Of a stretch of 40,074 nucleotides of DNA, positions 12,102 through 21,146 are shown one piece after another. Every line of letters begins with the position of its first letter. Positions within the stretch are counted from its first letter, which is position 1. The DNA lies in IMG/VR virus record IMGVR_UViG_3300029743_000013, positions 1 through 40,074 of that record; one strand, given 5' to 3'. The position numbers were made by a program, and so were the translations under genes. This stretch comes from a virus. The notes under the pieces were generated by a model that saw nothing but the letters and a program-made list of their open reading frames with translations, made no database searches and was not told the origin of the DNA.

Positions 12102-14081
12102 TTAAAAGTTTTTCACTTCGGAGACGGACGCAACACTTCCGGTTCCGCCGGTCTTTGTGGCGTTGCCGCTGCCGTCAAAGTTAAATGCGCAATACCAATC
12201 GTTGGATGCACACTGGAATGCCCCCGATACGCCTGACGGGATAAAGCAACCGGCCTTGTTATTACTGCCGCCAGTGCAATAAACCACGTAACCGATTGTT
12301 TTTTTCTCTGGAAATGCGACAGTAGAGCCGTTCAGCTTGTAGCTTGTGGCGTCCACCGATCCGCCAACGGACAAATCTTTCTCAATGTCCCCATACTTTG
12401 CCCCAATTGTATTCGCAATGGCCCGTCCAAACCCAACGGAAAAAACAACGTTTTCTGTGTCGGCTCCGGTGGTGTTGTTGTGGTACACGCGGTATATTTT
12501 CAGCATGTTAGCACCGTCAGAAGGATCAAGCCGCAGCGCCCATCGCGTAGTAAAATTGACAGTGCGCGTACCTGCGATGATCTGCTGAATCTGTACGGTA
12601 TCAGTGATACTAATTGTGCCGTCCCCGTTTACGTCCAGTTTTTCATAGTCCGCCAGCGTAGGCGTGACAGCCTTGGTGTTGATTTGCCCGATGCGGTCAA
12701 GATCGGCCTGCGAATAGTCCGAATTCCGGTATGTTGCGCCGCTTCCGATTGTGGATAGTTTGGTGTTGAAAAGCTCCATATCTCCGGTGCTAAGATTCCA
12801 CTTGCTTTTCCCGTCTTGTGACTTGATAAGTACGGCCGTAAGCGTCCCAACGTCCATGAAATCAGCTACAATATGACCGTCCTGTGTGATTGCTGTTGCG
12901 TATGTCCCGTTGTAACCGTTGCTGCTGAAGCCAAAGCCGCCAATATTGGAGCGCCACACCTTTTGAGCGGTTGCAATATCGTCAGTATCCATGATAAGGA
13001 ACTCAATAGGTTTTCCGTTACCATCGTACACAAACCGGATGTTACCACCGGACGCACCAGTGATAGCCTTTGTCGCGTTTTCTACCGCCGATGTTTCCCG
13101 CTGCCGAACTGCGCTGTTCGGATCATAAATCGCAGTTTGCAAAGACTTGACAGAACCTTGCAAAGACGGAATCACAGTTGACAAAGTGACCTTGTTTTTG
13201 CTTGCATCATTCGGATAGATGCAATACTCAACAATTCTGTGCGCAACCCTTGTGTTGAACTTCTTATCAAGCAGCCACACAGCCTTGTGCATCTGCAACT
13301 TCTGGAAGCTGTAGTCGCTGTCGATTGCAGCAACGTCCACAACATCGCACTCATAGCTGACAGCCGGGACAGCATTTGCGTCCAGCGTGGCTTGTGCATA
13401 TTCAAGCAAGGATTCTTTGTTCGTGAAGCGTTCATCACTAATCGCCACGCCGTAGATGATTCTGTTGGAATAGGTATAGTTTTCAACGTAGTCTTTGCCG
13501 TTGTTGATGCTGGCGAAAGTCATTCCGTCAGCACCTTTCGCCCGTAGACGTGTGCAGAAGGAAGAACTGTCACCTGCAATGTCAAGCTGACGAAGGTTCA
13601 ATTCTTCGGCCAAGAAAGCGTATTGCGGCTTGTTGTCGGACGGGCAAAGGATTGTGACGGTCTTTGCCGCTGTGTCAAACATAGCGGTCACGCCGGTCCA
13701 TGTATCTTCCACCTGTTCGATGATCTCCATCGGTGTCAACGCACCAGTGATTGTACGGCGCGTTGTGATACCAGTGTTATCAACAAGACTCCATCCAACA
13801 GATGTAAGCGCAGCCGACAAATGATCGTGCGGCGTTGCGCTTGCATCGTAGTCCGTTTGCACGGAACGCAGTTCATCAAGGTCAAGTTCGCAGGTGATGT
13901 TGTCGCCATTGACAATCTTGACAAGATATGCCTGGTTCCGCGTGGTTTCGTGGACGCTCTGCTCGTTTACGATCTTGATGTCATCTGGGACAGAGAAAGA
14001 CAGCTCATTGATTCCGTTGTATTTTTGTTTTATGCAATAGTCATCTACTGCCAGAATTGTTCCATCCGAAAGTGTTAGCAT
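12102..14081 (-). CDS. tail-associated protein Tal (phage minor structural protein, N-terminal region)
   Basis: 659 aa, located after Dit. MLTLSDGTILAVDDYCIKQKYNGINELSFSVP is typical of siphovirus Tal/prophage tail endopeptidase N-termini. Confidence 0.8.
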   Translation of the reverse strand: MLTLSDGTILAVDDYCIKQKYNGINELSFSVPDDIKIVNEQSVHETTRNQAYLVKIVNGDNITCELDLDELRSVQTDYDASATPHDHLSAALTSVGWSLVDNTGITTRRTITGALTPMEIIEQVEDTWTGVTAMFDTAAKTVTILCPSDNKPQYAFLAEELNLRQLDIAGDSSSFCTRLRAKGADGMTFASINNGKDYVENYTYSNRIIYGVAISDERFTNKESLLEYAQATLDANAVPAVSYECDVVDVAAIDSDYSFQKLQMHKAVWLLDKKFNTRVAHRIVEYCIYPNDASKNKVTLSTVIPSLQGSVKSLQTAIYDPNSAVRQRETSAVENATKAITGASGGNIRFVYDGNGKPIEFLIMDTDDIATAQKVWRSNIGGFGFSSNGYNGTYATAITQDGHIVADFMDVGTLTAVLIKSQDGKSKWNLSTGDMELFNTKLSTIGSGATYRNSDYSQADLDRIGQINTKAVTPTLADYEKLDVNGDGTISITDTVQIQQIIAGTRTVNFTTRWALRLDPSDGANMLKIYRVYHNNTTGADTENVVFSVGFGRAIANTIGAKYGDIEKDLSVGGSVDATSYKLNGSTVAFPEKKTIGYVVYCTGGSNNKAGCFIPSGVSGAFQCASNDWYCAFNFDGSGNATKTGGTGSVASVSEVKNF

Positions 14082-14094
14082 ATTTCACCACCAA

Positions 14095-14766
14095 TCACAA
14101 AAAAACCGGATAATATTCTATATCTGCTTCCGTTGTGCAACGGACTTCATTCTCTCCAGGCTGTAAAAAAGGAAAACTGACGAAATCTGTGTCCGCAATC
14201 AATACGGGTGTTCCGTTTTTTAACAGTCTTCCAGTCAATCCGTCAACAACCAGCTCGTCTCCCGGTTTGCAACCAAGGAAGGTTATCCCCGCCAGAACGA
14301 ACGAGCCATCTCGATCCGATTTAACGGTTGCCTTGTATAGCGTTTCCGGCGCGGTGGAGAAACACATAACAGCTGGGGTCTTCGCCGACACCAACTCGCC
14401 GCGCTGATACCCCAGAAACTCAAGCGTAAAATCCAGGACGCCATTACTAACCGATTCTGCTTCTCCTGCGCTCACAAGAGCCGCGACATATCTATCTCCA
14501 TTTGACAGCATGATATCAACTTTATCGCCAAGGCACATAGACAGGATCGCGGACTTTGTTCTGGATGCGTCGACGGCAGAACTTTTCACAATCCGCACGG
14601 GGATCTTAAGAGACTTTAAACCAATTTTCGCTTTTGTCGCTACATAGGCAGAACATCCTCCCGCATACACAGACCTGTTAACAGGCGCGGAGGTAACAAT
14701 ATAGCCCGTGCTGATATATGCGCCATTTTGCGTCATTTCTTTGCCGTTAATATACCACTCGAGCAT
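14095..14766 (-). CDS. distal tail protein (Dit)
   Basis: ATG 14766 after AGGGGG. 223 aa, located between the tape measure and Tal. Confidence 0.75.
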   Translation of the reverse strand: MLEWYINGKEMTQNGAYISTGYIVTSAPVNRSVYAGGCSAYVATKAKIGLKSLKIPVRIVKSSAVDASRTKSAILSMCLGDKVDIMLSNGDRYVAALVSAGEAESVSNGVLDFTLEFLGYQRGELVSAKTPAVMCFSTAPETLYKATVKSDRDGSFVLAGITFLGCKPGDELVVDGLTGRLLKNGTPVLIADTDFVSFPFLQPGENEVRCTTEADIEYYPVFL

Positions 14767-14770
14767 ACTG

Positions 14771-16405
14771 TTACCCCCTAACAAGTTGAAGTTGTGCGCC
14801 CATATACGGCGCGACAAAACGTGCCAGTTCCTTTCCACTCGGCGAAACGACGGTAAGGTGGATGCTTCTATCGCTTCCCCGGGCACTGCTTGTACCCGGC
14901 AATTCTCCGATGGGCGCAGATGCAGAAAAACCTATTTCTGCGGCATCAAAAGTCATGCTTCCTTCAATGTCTTTTTTTATAGATGCAAATTTTTCTCCGA
15001 ATCCATCCCCAAGTCCCTCCGCCATAAATCCGCCAATGCCAGCAAAAACCTTAGACGGGCTGTGAATTCCGAGTAGATTTTTTACACCGTCAATAACTCC
15101 GCTAAAGAGACCCTTTACACAGCCCCACAGCCAGTCCCCCATGCTGCTTATGCCATCCCACAATCCGCGGATGAGGTCTTTGCCGACGCTCAAAATGTCG
15201 GGGATGCCGCTTATAAGGCTCTTTACAATTGTCTGAATGATTTGTGGGACTTTTGCGGCGAGTTGCGGTAGCGCTTCAATCAATCCTCCTGCCAGCGCCA
15301 CAATTAGCTTGATCCCACCGTCAACCAGCGTCGGAAGGTTTTCAATCAGCTTGTCGACAATTGTATCGACCAATTCAAGAACACAGCTAATCAGAAGATC
15401 AATGTTGTCAAGAACTCCGTTAACCAGCGCCGTAATTAAATCCATACCAGCCGCAACTATGCTCGGAAGATTCTCAAGCAAAATCTGAACGGCCATCGGA
15501 ATAATTGTCTGTGACGCTTCTGTTATGAGCTGCGTAAGCCCCTGAATAATCACGTTCACGCGAGGAATAATGTTTCCGCCAACAGTAACAACACTGTCGA
15601 CAAAACTGCTTGTCAGTTCTGAAAAATTTGCGTTGTCATCGGCGATGCCAGTAAGCAGATTTCCCCATGCACCTTTCATGGAAGCCACGGAGCCTTGAAT
15701 CGTATCAGCTGCTTCCCTTGATGCGTACCCCTGCATTCCAACCATTTCGATGTAATCTACAAGGGCGCTTTGACAATCAGCCAGGTTCTCGATTTGATAC
15801 TCTGTGGCGCGCCCGTTTGCCGCGTTCCACTCGTTTACCTTGTCGATAACATCTTGAAAGCCTTCTTTTGTGGGCGTGATGCCGATTTGAAGGTTATCCA
15901 ACATGGTATAGTTGGACTTCATAATTCCGTTGAAAGCATTTTGAACTGCTTCTTGAGAATTACCGGTCGCCGCTACAACGTCTGCTTCAGCATTGATGAT
16001 CTTGTCGGCAAGCTCTGCCGCCGCTTGTTCGTTTCCACCGAGCGCCGTTTTTAAGCCCGTTGCAAATCCGTTTACTTGACGCAGGTATTCGTTCTGGCTC
16101 ATTTGAACGGTGCTATATGCGTTTTTGGCTTTATCTGCGATAAAGTCGTAAGCTCCTCCAAACATCAGCTTTGCGCCGCCTACGAGCTGCTCATAGTCGG
16201 CATAGGCAGCCATCGCCTGTTTGCTAACAGCTACAATAGCCGTGCCTCCCGCAGCAACAGCCGCCGCGCCAACTTTGGCAGCAGTCGCAAGCCCGCCTTT
16301 AAGCTTATTTGCAAGCGTTTCTGCTCTGCTGCTTGTTTCCCCCAAACCAATGTCTACGTCGCTGTTATCAACAGTGATTTTCACAAAAAGATCAAGCAGG
16401 TTCAT
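14771..16405 (-). CDS. tape measure protein
   Basis: ATG 16405 gives 544 aa. Ala/Gly-rich N-terminal part and long helical Leu/Ile/Val repeats, in the standard position. Confidence 0.88.
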   Translation of the reverse strand: MNLLDLFVKITVDNSDVDIGLGETSSRAETLANKLKGGLATAAKVGAAAVAAGGTAIVAVSKQAMAAYADYEQLVGGAKLMFGGAYDFIADKAKNAYSTVQMSQNEYLRQVNGFATGLKTALGGNEQAAAELADKIINAEADVVAATGNSQEAVQNAFNGIMKSNYTMLDNLQIGITPTKEGFQDVIDKVNEWNAANGRATEYQIENLADCQSALVDYIEMVGMQGYASREAADTIQGSVASMKGAWGNLLTGIADDNANFSELTSSFVDSVVTVGGNIIPRVNVIIQGLTQLITEASQTIIPMAVQILLENLPSIVAAGMDLITALVNGVLDNIDLLISCVLELVDTIVDKLIENLPTLVDGGIKLIVALAGGLIEALPQLAAKVPQIIQTIVKSLISGIPDILSVGKDLIRGLWDGISSMGDWLWGCVKGLFSGVIDGVKNLLGIHSPSKVFAGIGGFMAEGLGDGFGEKFASIKKDIEGSMTFDAAEIGFSASAPIGELPGTSSARGSDRSIHLTVVSPSGKELARFVAPYMGAQLQLVRG

Positions 16406-17036
16406 TTTTTCACCACCAATCCGCACCGCGCGACCACATCGGCGGTAATCTCTTCGCACGTTCTGTTGTCCTGCTTTTTCGGCTCAATCATATCAGCGTA
16501 TCGCGCCTTGATGTAGTTCCCTCCCGCGTATCGCGCCGTGTTTTCTGCCACAATGCGCAGCGCGTCCGTCACATAGATGTGGTATGCGTCGTTTCTTGCT
16601 TTTTCATTGAGCCGTGCCGTGCAGTATCGCAGGAACGGTTTTATTCGCTTTTGCCCTCGGTATTCTCCGGCGCAGAGCCAGAGGATTTCTCGCTCTGCGC
16701 CGAGATAAAAAGCGTGACGAATGCTTCGTCCGTCAACAGCTCCACCGCGTCCCGCGTCAGCTTCACAAGGTTCAGTGCGCCCTTGTAATCGTCTGCGCTC
16801 ACGCCCTCAATAGCCGCAAGAATGGCAATAATATCGCCTTTGTGGCCCTTGAGCAGCTCTGGGAGCGATTTTCGCGCTCTCTGCGTAGCAAACTGCTTTG
16901 CCGTCATGCCCTCCGGTAGCGGTTCACGCCGAAACATGGCCGAAGCTTTTTCGTCCTGTGCAATATTGGCGATGGGGTCAATGACGTCCGCAATGACGTC
17001 AAAGACGCGTTCGCCCTGAATGTCGGAAAGTCTCAT
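16402..17036 (-). CDS. tail assembly chaperone G-T fusion via programmed -1 frameshift
   Basis: The -1 frame stays open across the gpG stop. It encodes KPFLRYCTARLNEKARNDAYHIYVTDALRIVAENTARYAGGNYIKARYADMIEPKKQDNRTCEEITADVVARCGLVVKK. Its TGA overlaps the TMP ATG (ATGA at 16402-16405). The slippery site is not canonical (GGGCAAAAG near 16648-16657). Confidence 0.6.
16641..17036 (-). CDS. tail assembly chaperone (gpG-like)
   Basis: 131 aa with an acidic C-terminus, directly after the major tail gene (TAAATG junction). Confidence 0.8.
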   Translation of the reverse strand: MRLSDIQGERVFDVIADVIDPIANIAQDEKASAMFRREPLPEGMTAKQFATQRARKSLPELLKGHKGDIIAILAAIEGVSADDYKGALNLVKLTRDAVELLTDEAFVTLFISAQSEKSSGSAPENTEGKSE

Positions 17037-17624
17037 TTACGCCTCCTCCGTGCCGGCCTTGATGTAGATTTCAAAGGGAACAGCGTCCTGCGCGCTCATG
17101 GAATAGTGGCCGGTAAACTCAAAGGCAAGCTGCCCCTTGGCCTTGTCGCTCGTCTGGAGCTGGAAGCCGCCCGTAGAAAGCGCGTTGATCAGTTTGATGG
17201 CGATAAAGCCGCCGTTGGTTTCGCCGTTCTTGTCAGAGTAATCGCCCACAAGCCAGATATCGTCAAAGTCCGCGTCCTTGAGGTCATTGCGCGGTGTGAC
17301 CTTGGTCGTGTCGGTCGCCCCGATGTCCGCCGCGCCGCACAGCCGCTTTGCAATGGCGGTATCGGCATTGACAAACGTGCCGGTCATCTTGACTTCCCAC
17401 GAATCGAGCTTTTTCAGCTCCTTCATGTTCTTCGGGCAGTTGTCGATATCCTCGCCAAAGTCCGAATAGGTCGGCGTGGCGGTAAATTTGACGCCGCCGG
17501 TCGTTGCGCCGATCTGCCCCGCCTCGCCGACGGCGCCGGTCGCAGGCGTGAAGTCTGTCGTCAGAATTCCCGCATTGATTTGCAATTTCTGGAATGCATC
17601 AGAAGGGATTTTTGTAAATTTCAT
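17037..17624 (-). CDS. major tail protein
   Basis: 195 aa in the standard position. TTGGVKFTATPTYSDFGEDIDNCPKNMKELKKLDSWEVKMTGTF is typical of phi13/TP901-like major tail proteins. Confidence 0.85.
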   Translation of the reverse strand: MKFTKIPSDAFQKLQINAGILTTDFTPATGAVGEAGQIGATTGGVKFTATPTYSDFGEDIDNCPKNMKELKKLDSWEVKMTGTFVNADTAIAKRLCGAADIGATDTTKVTPRNDLKDADFDDIWLVGDYSDKNGETNGGFIAIKLINALSTGGFQLQTSDKAKGQLAFEFTGHYSMSAQDAVPFEIYIKAGTEEA

Positions 17625-17639
17625 AGTTTTGTCCTTTCA

Positions 17640-18008
17640 TCAGTTCTGCGACAGATATTCCACCGTCATGTTGAGATACCGCCGCTTGATGTTTTTATCG
17701 CTTTCATCCGCAATGTTTTGGCACCACGGGGAGCCTCGCTTGAGCCACATCGCCCCGCCGTCGTACGGCACCATGCAGCCGCCCATTCCGATAGCGTCGG
17801 AGATTTCCTGTGCCTTGGCGTTCGGCACCGCTTCGCTCTCGGTGTAATACCATAGGTTGATTGTCAGCGCGATCTCGCCGCTCTCCCATGATCCTGTGAT
17901 AAGCTCATAGGTCAGCCACGGGAAAACCGCGTCATCTGGCACATTGGAGGTTGGGTATGATGGGAGGAATTGAGAGAACCACGCATGGAGCGCCTTGTCC
18001 TTTGTCAT
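17640..18008 (-). CDS. tail completion/terminator-like neck protein (positional)
   Basis: 122 aa, ATGA-coupled to the upstream gene. Confidence 0.6.
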   Translation of the reverse strand: MTKDKALHAWFSQFLPSYPTSNVPDDAVFPWLTYELITGSWESGEIALTINLWYYTESEAVPNAKAQEISDAIGMGGCMVPYDGGAMWLKRGSPWCQNIADESDKNIKRRYLNMTVEYLSQN

Positions 18009-18364
18009 TTTGGTAGCTCCTTTCGCTCCGCGGTGAAGAATTTCAGCGCCTTAATGATTGCGCCCGCAGACCTCGGCGCGGCCTTTTCCTCGGGATTTGA
18101 TGTCACGCGATAGGTAATCCCCGTTTCCGTATCGCGGAAATAATCGTTGTACTCGATGGGAACGCTCTGATTTACCAGCGCGGAATATACCGAGGTCACA
18201 CCCTCCTTTTCCGCTTTTCGCGCCTCCATCGATGTGTCAAGAGATTGGTAATTGAGGAACTCCGCGCCCTCTTCCCACGCAGTGATGTAGCCGCCCGCGC
18301 CGTCAGGCGTGCGCTTTTTCTCCATCAGAATGCACTTGTGGGCAAAATCGTCCAGTAAACTCAC
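18005..18364 (-). CDS. head closure / head-tail adaptor (SPP1 gp16-like)
   Basis: GTG start after AAGGGGGTGG. 119 aa. Confidence 0.65.
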   Translation of the reverse strand: MSLLDDFAHKCILMEKKRTPDGAGGYITAWEEGAEFLNYQSLDTSMEARKAEKEGVTSVYSALVNQSVPIEYNDYFRDTETGITYRVTSNPEEKAAPRSAGAIIKALKFFTAERKELPK

Positions 18365-18795
18365 GGTTCCACCCCCTTGAGCTTGCGCCAGTCATTTAAC
18401 CGGCCTTTAAAAGCACCCTGCCAGCCCGTCCCGGCGCTCGTGTCGGCATTTCCGCCGCTCGCCTTGGTGTAACTGTACCCGCCGAAGCTTTCGCTCATGT
18501 ACGGGCTTAAAACGGCTTCACCGTTCTTTTCTTCCCACGCGGCGATATCTTCGGCAAGTGCAACCACAGCCTTTGGCACCGCCAGCGCCCACACCGTCCC
18601 GGTAAAGATTTCATCCGTAAGGTCGGTCTCCGGGTACTGGTGCAGGCCATCGTTAAATACGGAACCACAGATGCGGAAATATTGATTGGTCAGGAGAAAG
18701 GGCAGCGCAATGCTGCCATTCTCCACGGTGAACTCTCCTTCGTAGATATCCACAAGGAACCAGTTGTTTAAGTGCCGTAGAACATTTTCAAGCAT
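18361..18795 (-). CDS. head-tail connector protein (positional)
   Basis: ATG 18795 after AAAGGAGG. 144 aa. Confidence 0.6.
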   Translation of the reverse strand: MLENVLRHLNNWFLVDIYEGEFTVENGSIALPFLLTNQYFRICGSVFNDGLHQYPETDLTDEIFTGTVWALAVPKAVVALAEDIAAWEEKNGEAVLSPYMSESFGGYSYTKASGGNADTSAGTGWQGAFKGRLNDWRKLKGVEP

Positions 18796-18808
18796 TGCGC
18801 TGCCTCCT

Positions 18809-18952
18809 TTAGCTACCTGCAACAATTTTATAGATTTCGGCCTTTTTCATTGAGCCGCTACCCCCGGCAATGCCGTTTTCCTCCGCATACGCAAGCAATT
18901 CCGCCTTTGTTAAGTTGCTAAGATCTGCGTTATTGCCGGGTGCCGTTGCCAT
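18809..18952 (-). CDS. 47-aa protein with Rho-N/SAP-like HeH motif
   Basis: MATAPGNNADLSNLTKAELLAYAEENGIAGGSGSMKKAEIYKIVAGS. Located directly after the capsid gene. Confidence 0.55.
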   Translation of the reverse strand: MATAPGNNADLSNLTKAELLAYAEENGIAGGSGSMKKAEIYKIVAGS

Positions 18953-18963
18953 TAGCGGCCCAA

Positions 18964-19887
18964 TCAGCCCCCCACGCTGGCGGGTGTTACGGTCACAACG
19001 GCGATCCCGTCCAGATACTCAGCCCACAGAGCCATACCCATCAGCGCGTAGCTCTCGCCTACGGCGGTGCTGTAGTTGCCCTGGGCGTGGAAACCAATCA
19101 GGTTAGTCTCGCCCTGAACGGTGTAGTTCAGGCCCAGGCGGGCAAACTCGCTATCGCCGGGATCCACATAGTACAGGTCAATGTTTTCCACGGGGGTAGC
19201 AATAACCTTATTCCGGGCGATCTGCGCCGCAGGCAGCAGGAACAGGGTGGAATAGCCCATGAAATCCTTGATGTAGTTGATGCCAAACTGGGTCTGCACG
19301 GTGATGTTTGCAGTACCCAGATAGTCATATGCATCCAGAATGTTGGCGAAACCTACCACCTGGGTGACATCCTTCTGAATGGTGGCAAACTTGTTCAGAA
19401 CCTCGCCCTGAGCCTTGGCAAGCGCATCCTGCCAGGTGGCGGCGGTCTTTGTCAGGCTGCCGGTGTTCAAGAAAGTGTAGAACTTACCCATGACAACATT
19501 CTGGAGCTTTGTCAGGAATGCGTCATCGGACTTTTCTACGGCAATTTCCGCGCCGTACTTGTTCACGTCTTCGATGGGTACGGCCTTCGCGTACTTCTCA
19601 ATCGTCAGGTCAGACTTTGCCGCCTGCACGATGGTGGTCTTGCTGTAGGGGATGACCTCGCCGGGATCAACAGAGCCGCTCTCCAGGTCAATGCTGGCGG
19701 TGTAAGACACCAGAGACGTACCGGGGGTCTTTCGGATGGGGCGAATGATGCCCAGAATATTTCTCAGCGCCTCCCAGTTGTCACCAAACCGGGTAACAAA
19801 GTCGACCTCGCGCGCGGTCACGCTGGTATAGACATTGGGCAGAGAATCACGGGGCTGGGTCAGAGTTTCAACTTTAGTTGCTGCCAT
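18964..19887 (-). CDS. major capsid protein (HK97 fold, SPP1 gp13-like)
   Basis: 307 aa, located after the scaffold gene. Confidence 0.88.
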   Translation of the reverse strand: MAATKVETLTQPRDSLPNVYTSVTAREVDFVTRFGDNWEALRNILGIIRPIRKTPGTSLVSYTASIDLESGSVDPGEVIPYSKTTIVQAAKSDLTIEKYAKAVPIEDVNKYGAEIAVEKSDDAFLTKLQNVVMGKFYTFLNTGSLTKTAATWQDALAKAQGEVLNKFATIQKDVTQVVGFANILDAYDYLGTANITVQTQFGINYIKDFMGYSTLFLLPAAQIARNKVIATPVENIDLYYVDPGDSEFARLGLNYTVQGETNLIGFHAQGNYSTAVGESYALMGMALWAEYLDGIAVVTVTPASVGG

Positions 19888-19901
19888 GTTAAATGCTCCT
19901 T

Positions 19902-20525
19902 TCAGTTCATCAGATCAGGATTTTCGGCAAGTGCTTTCTGCCGTTCGGCAGTAGACATTACATAGCGGCCCTTATCGTCCTTTTTGTAGATGTCTGCCTT
20001 GGTCAGATTCGCGCCGCCGGTGTTCGCCGGGGGATTGGCGGGATTCGCGCCCTTTGTCTGCGTGGTGGAGACAAGCCCCTTGTAGGTGCCGTCTACGAGC
20101 GCATCAAGGGCCTTGGTGTCCTTGATTTTCTCGCCGTCCAGCTCCAATGCGGCCATTTCCTCGCCGCAGCCGCGCATAGCAAGGTCGAGATTCGCGCCGG
20201 TGATGTTTTTGCTCTCAAAGTAAGCACGGACAGCTTTTTCCTTTGCCGCCTTGCTTTCCTTTTTTGTGACGTCGGATTTGTAAGCTTCAAAGGCCGAGTG
20301 TTCCTTCTCGTACTTTTCCTTATAGCCGCCGTCACCCGCTGCCTTGAGGTCGTCCAATTCCTTCTGGACGCCTAGCAACTTCTCCGCGTCCGCCTTGTAC
20401 TTCGTGAGATCGTCCTTGAGGGGATCAACCACGCCCAGATGCAGCGCAACCAAGCGATTCTCGATCTCTTCGGTGCAAGCGTCGCCGAGAATATTTCTGA
20501 TTTCCGCTCTCGTAAATTTTGCCAT
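19902..20525 (-). CDS. scaffolding protein
   Basis: ATG 20525 after AAGGAGAA. Charged, helical, Lys/Glu/Ala-rich, 207 aa. Confidence 0.85.
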   Translation of the reverse strand: MAKFTRAEIRNILGDACTEEIENRLVALHLGVVDPLKDDLTKYKADAEKLLGVQKELDDLKAAGDGGYKEKYEKEHSAFEAYKSDVTKKESKAAKEKAVRAYFESKNITGANLDLAMRGCGEEMAALELDGEKIKDTKALDALVDGTYKGLVSTTQTKGANPANPPANTGGANLTKADIYKKDDKGRYVMSTAERQKALAENPDLMN

Positions 20526-20633
20526 GTTATTCGTTCTCCTTTTCTTTGGCCCCAATTCTTCGGGGGCGAACGTTGTATAAAAACCGCTGTACCTCGCGGG
20601 TTTTACCTAAAGGAAAAGAGCCAACCAAAATCC

Positions 20634-21038
20634 TTATCCATTTTTCAGCTCGTTTTCCAGAATGTCTCGATACTGCCCCGCATGGTCGGCGGCAGCGGGC
20701 TTCAAAAACGGCTGTGCCTTGTTGCCGTGGGTCATGTGCCAGTTGCCCTTCGCATCCTGATACACCCACGGCGTAGGCCGTCCGCCGCCGCCCTCGGCGT
20801 AAATGCCGGTACCAAGCTCGACGTAAGCGGCATACTCATTATTCGTTCCAATAATTGCCGCTGGTTCCTGCTCGTCTACCACACGGGTAATGCTGTTCCG
20901 CAGATTGCCGGTGTCAACAGGGCATAGTTTTTTTGCGTATCCCTCTGCCACCAGACCAACTTTTTCAAGCCCTCTTAGTAGCGCCGCTCCTATCTTGGTA
21001 GAAACTTCTGTACTGTGGTCTTGGATTTCGACTATCAT
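20634..21038 (-). CDS. HK97 gp10-family morphogenesis protein
   Basis: CPVDTGNLRNSI...GTNNEYAAYVELGTG...AQPFLKPA motifs. Confidence 0.8.
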   Translation of the reverse strand: MIVEIQDHSTEVSTKIGAALLRGLEKVGLVAEGYAKKLCPVDTGNLRNSITRVVDEQEPAAIIGTNNEYAAYVELGTGIYAEGGGGRPTPWVYQDAKGNWHMTHGNKAQPFLKPAAADHAGQYRDILENELKNG

Positions 21039-21049
21039 AGAAATACCTC

Positions 21050-21078
21050 TTGACTATTTCCCGACATTTGTATATACT
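21050..21078 (+). promoter_or_regulatory. consensus sigma-70-type promoter on the antisense strand (TTGACT-17-TATACT)
   Basis: TTGACT at 21050-21055, 17-nt spacer, TATACT at 21073-21078. It is followed by hairpins 21087-21102 (then GCTTTTT) and 21110-21148 (then ATTTTTTA). Confidence 0.45.
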
Positions 21079-21146
21079 GCATACGAGGAAACTTATGTTT
21101 CCGCTTTTTGAGCCGAACCTCTGCCCAGATCTGGCGGGGGGGCGGC

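Noticed and set aside
12570-12638. True cellulosomal dockerin in Tal
   Set aside because: Only one of the two repeats that make a dockerin is present. It is treated as a Ca-binding loop only.
21043-21048. ATACCT half-sites (21043, 27125, 2347) as a shared operator network
   Set aside because: A hexamer is expected many times by chance in 40 kb on two strands. Only the 2338-2352 site is a full inverted repeat.
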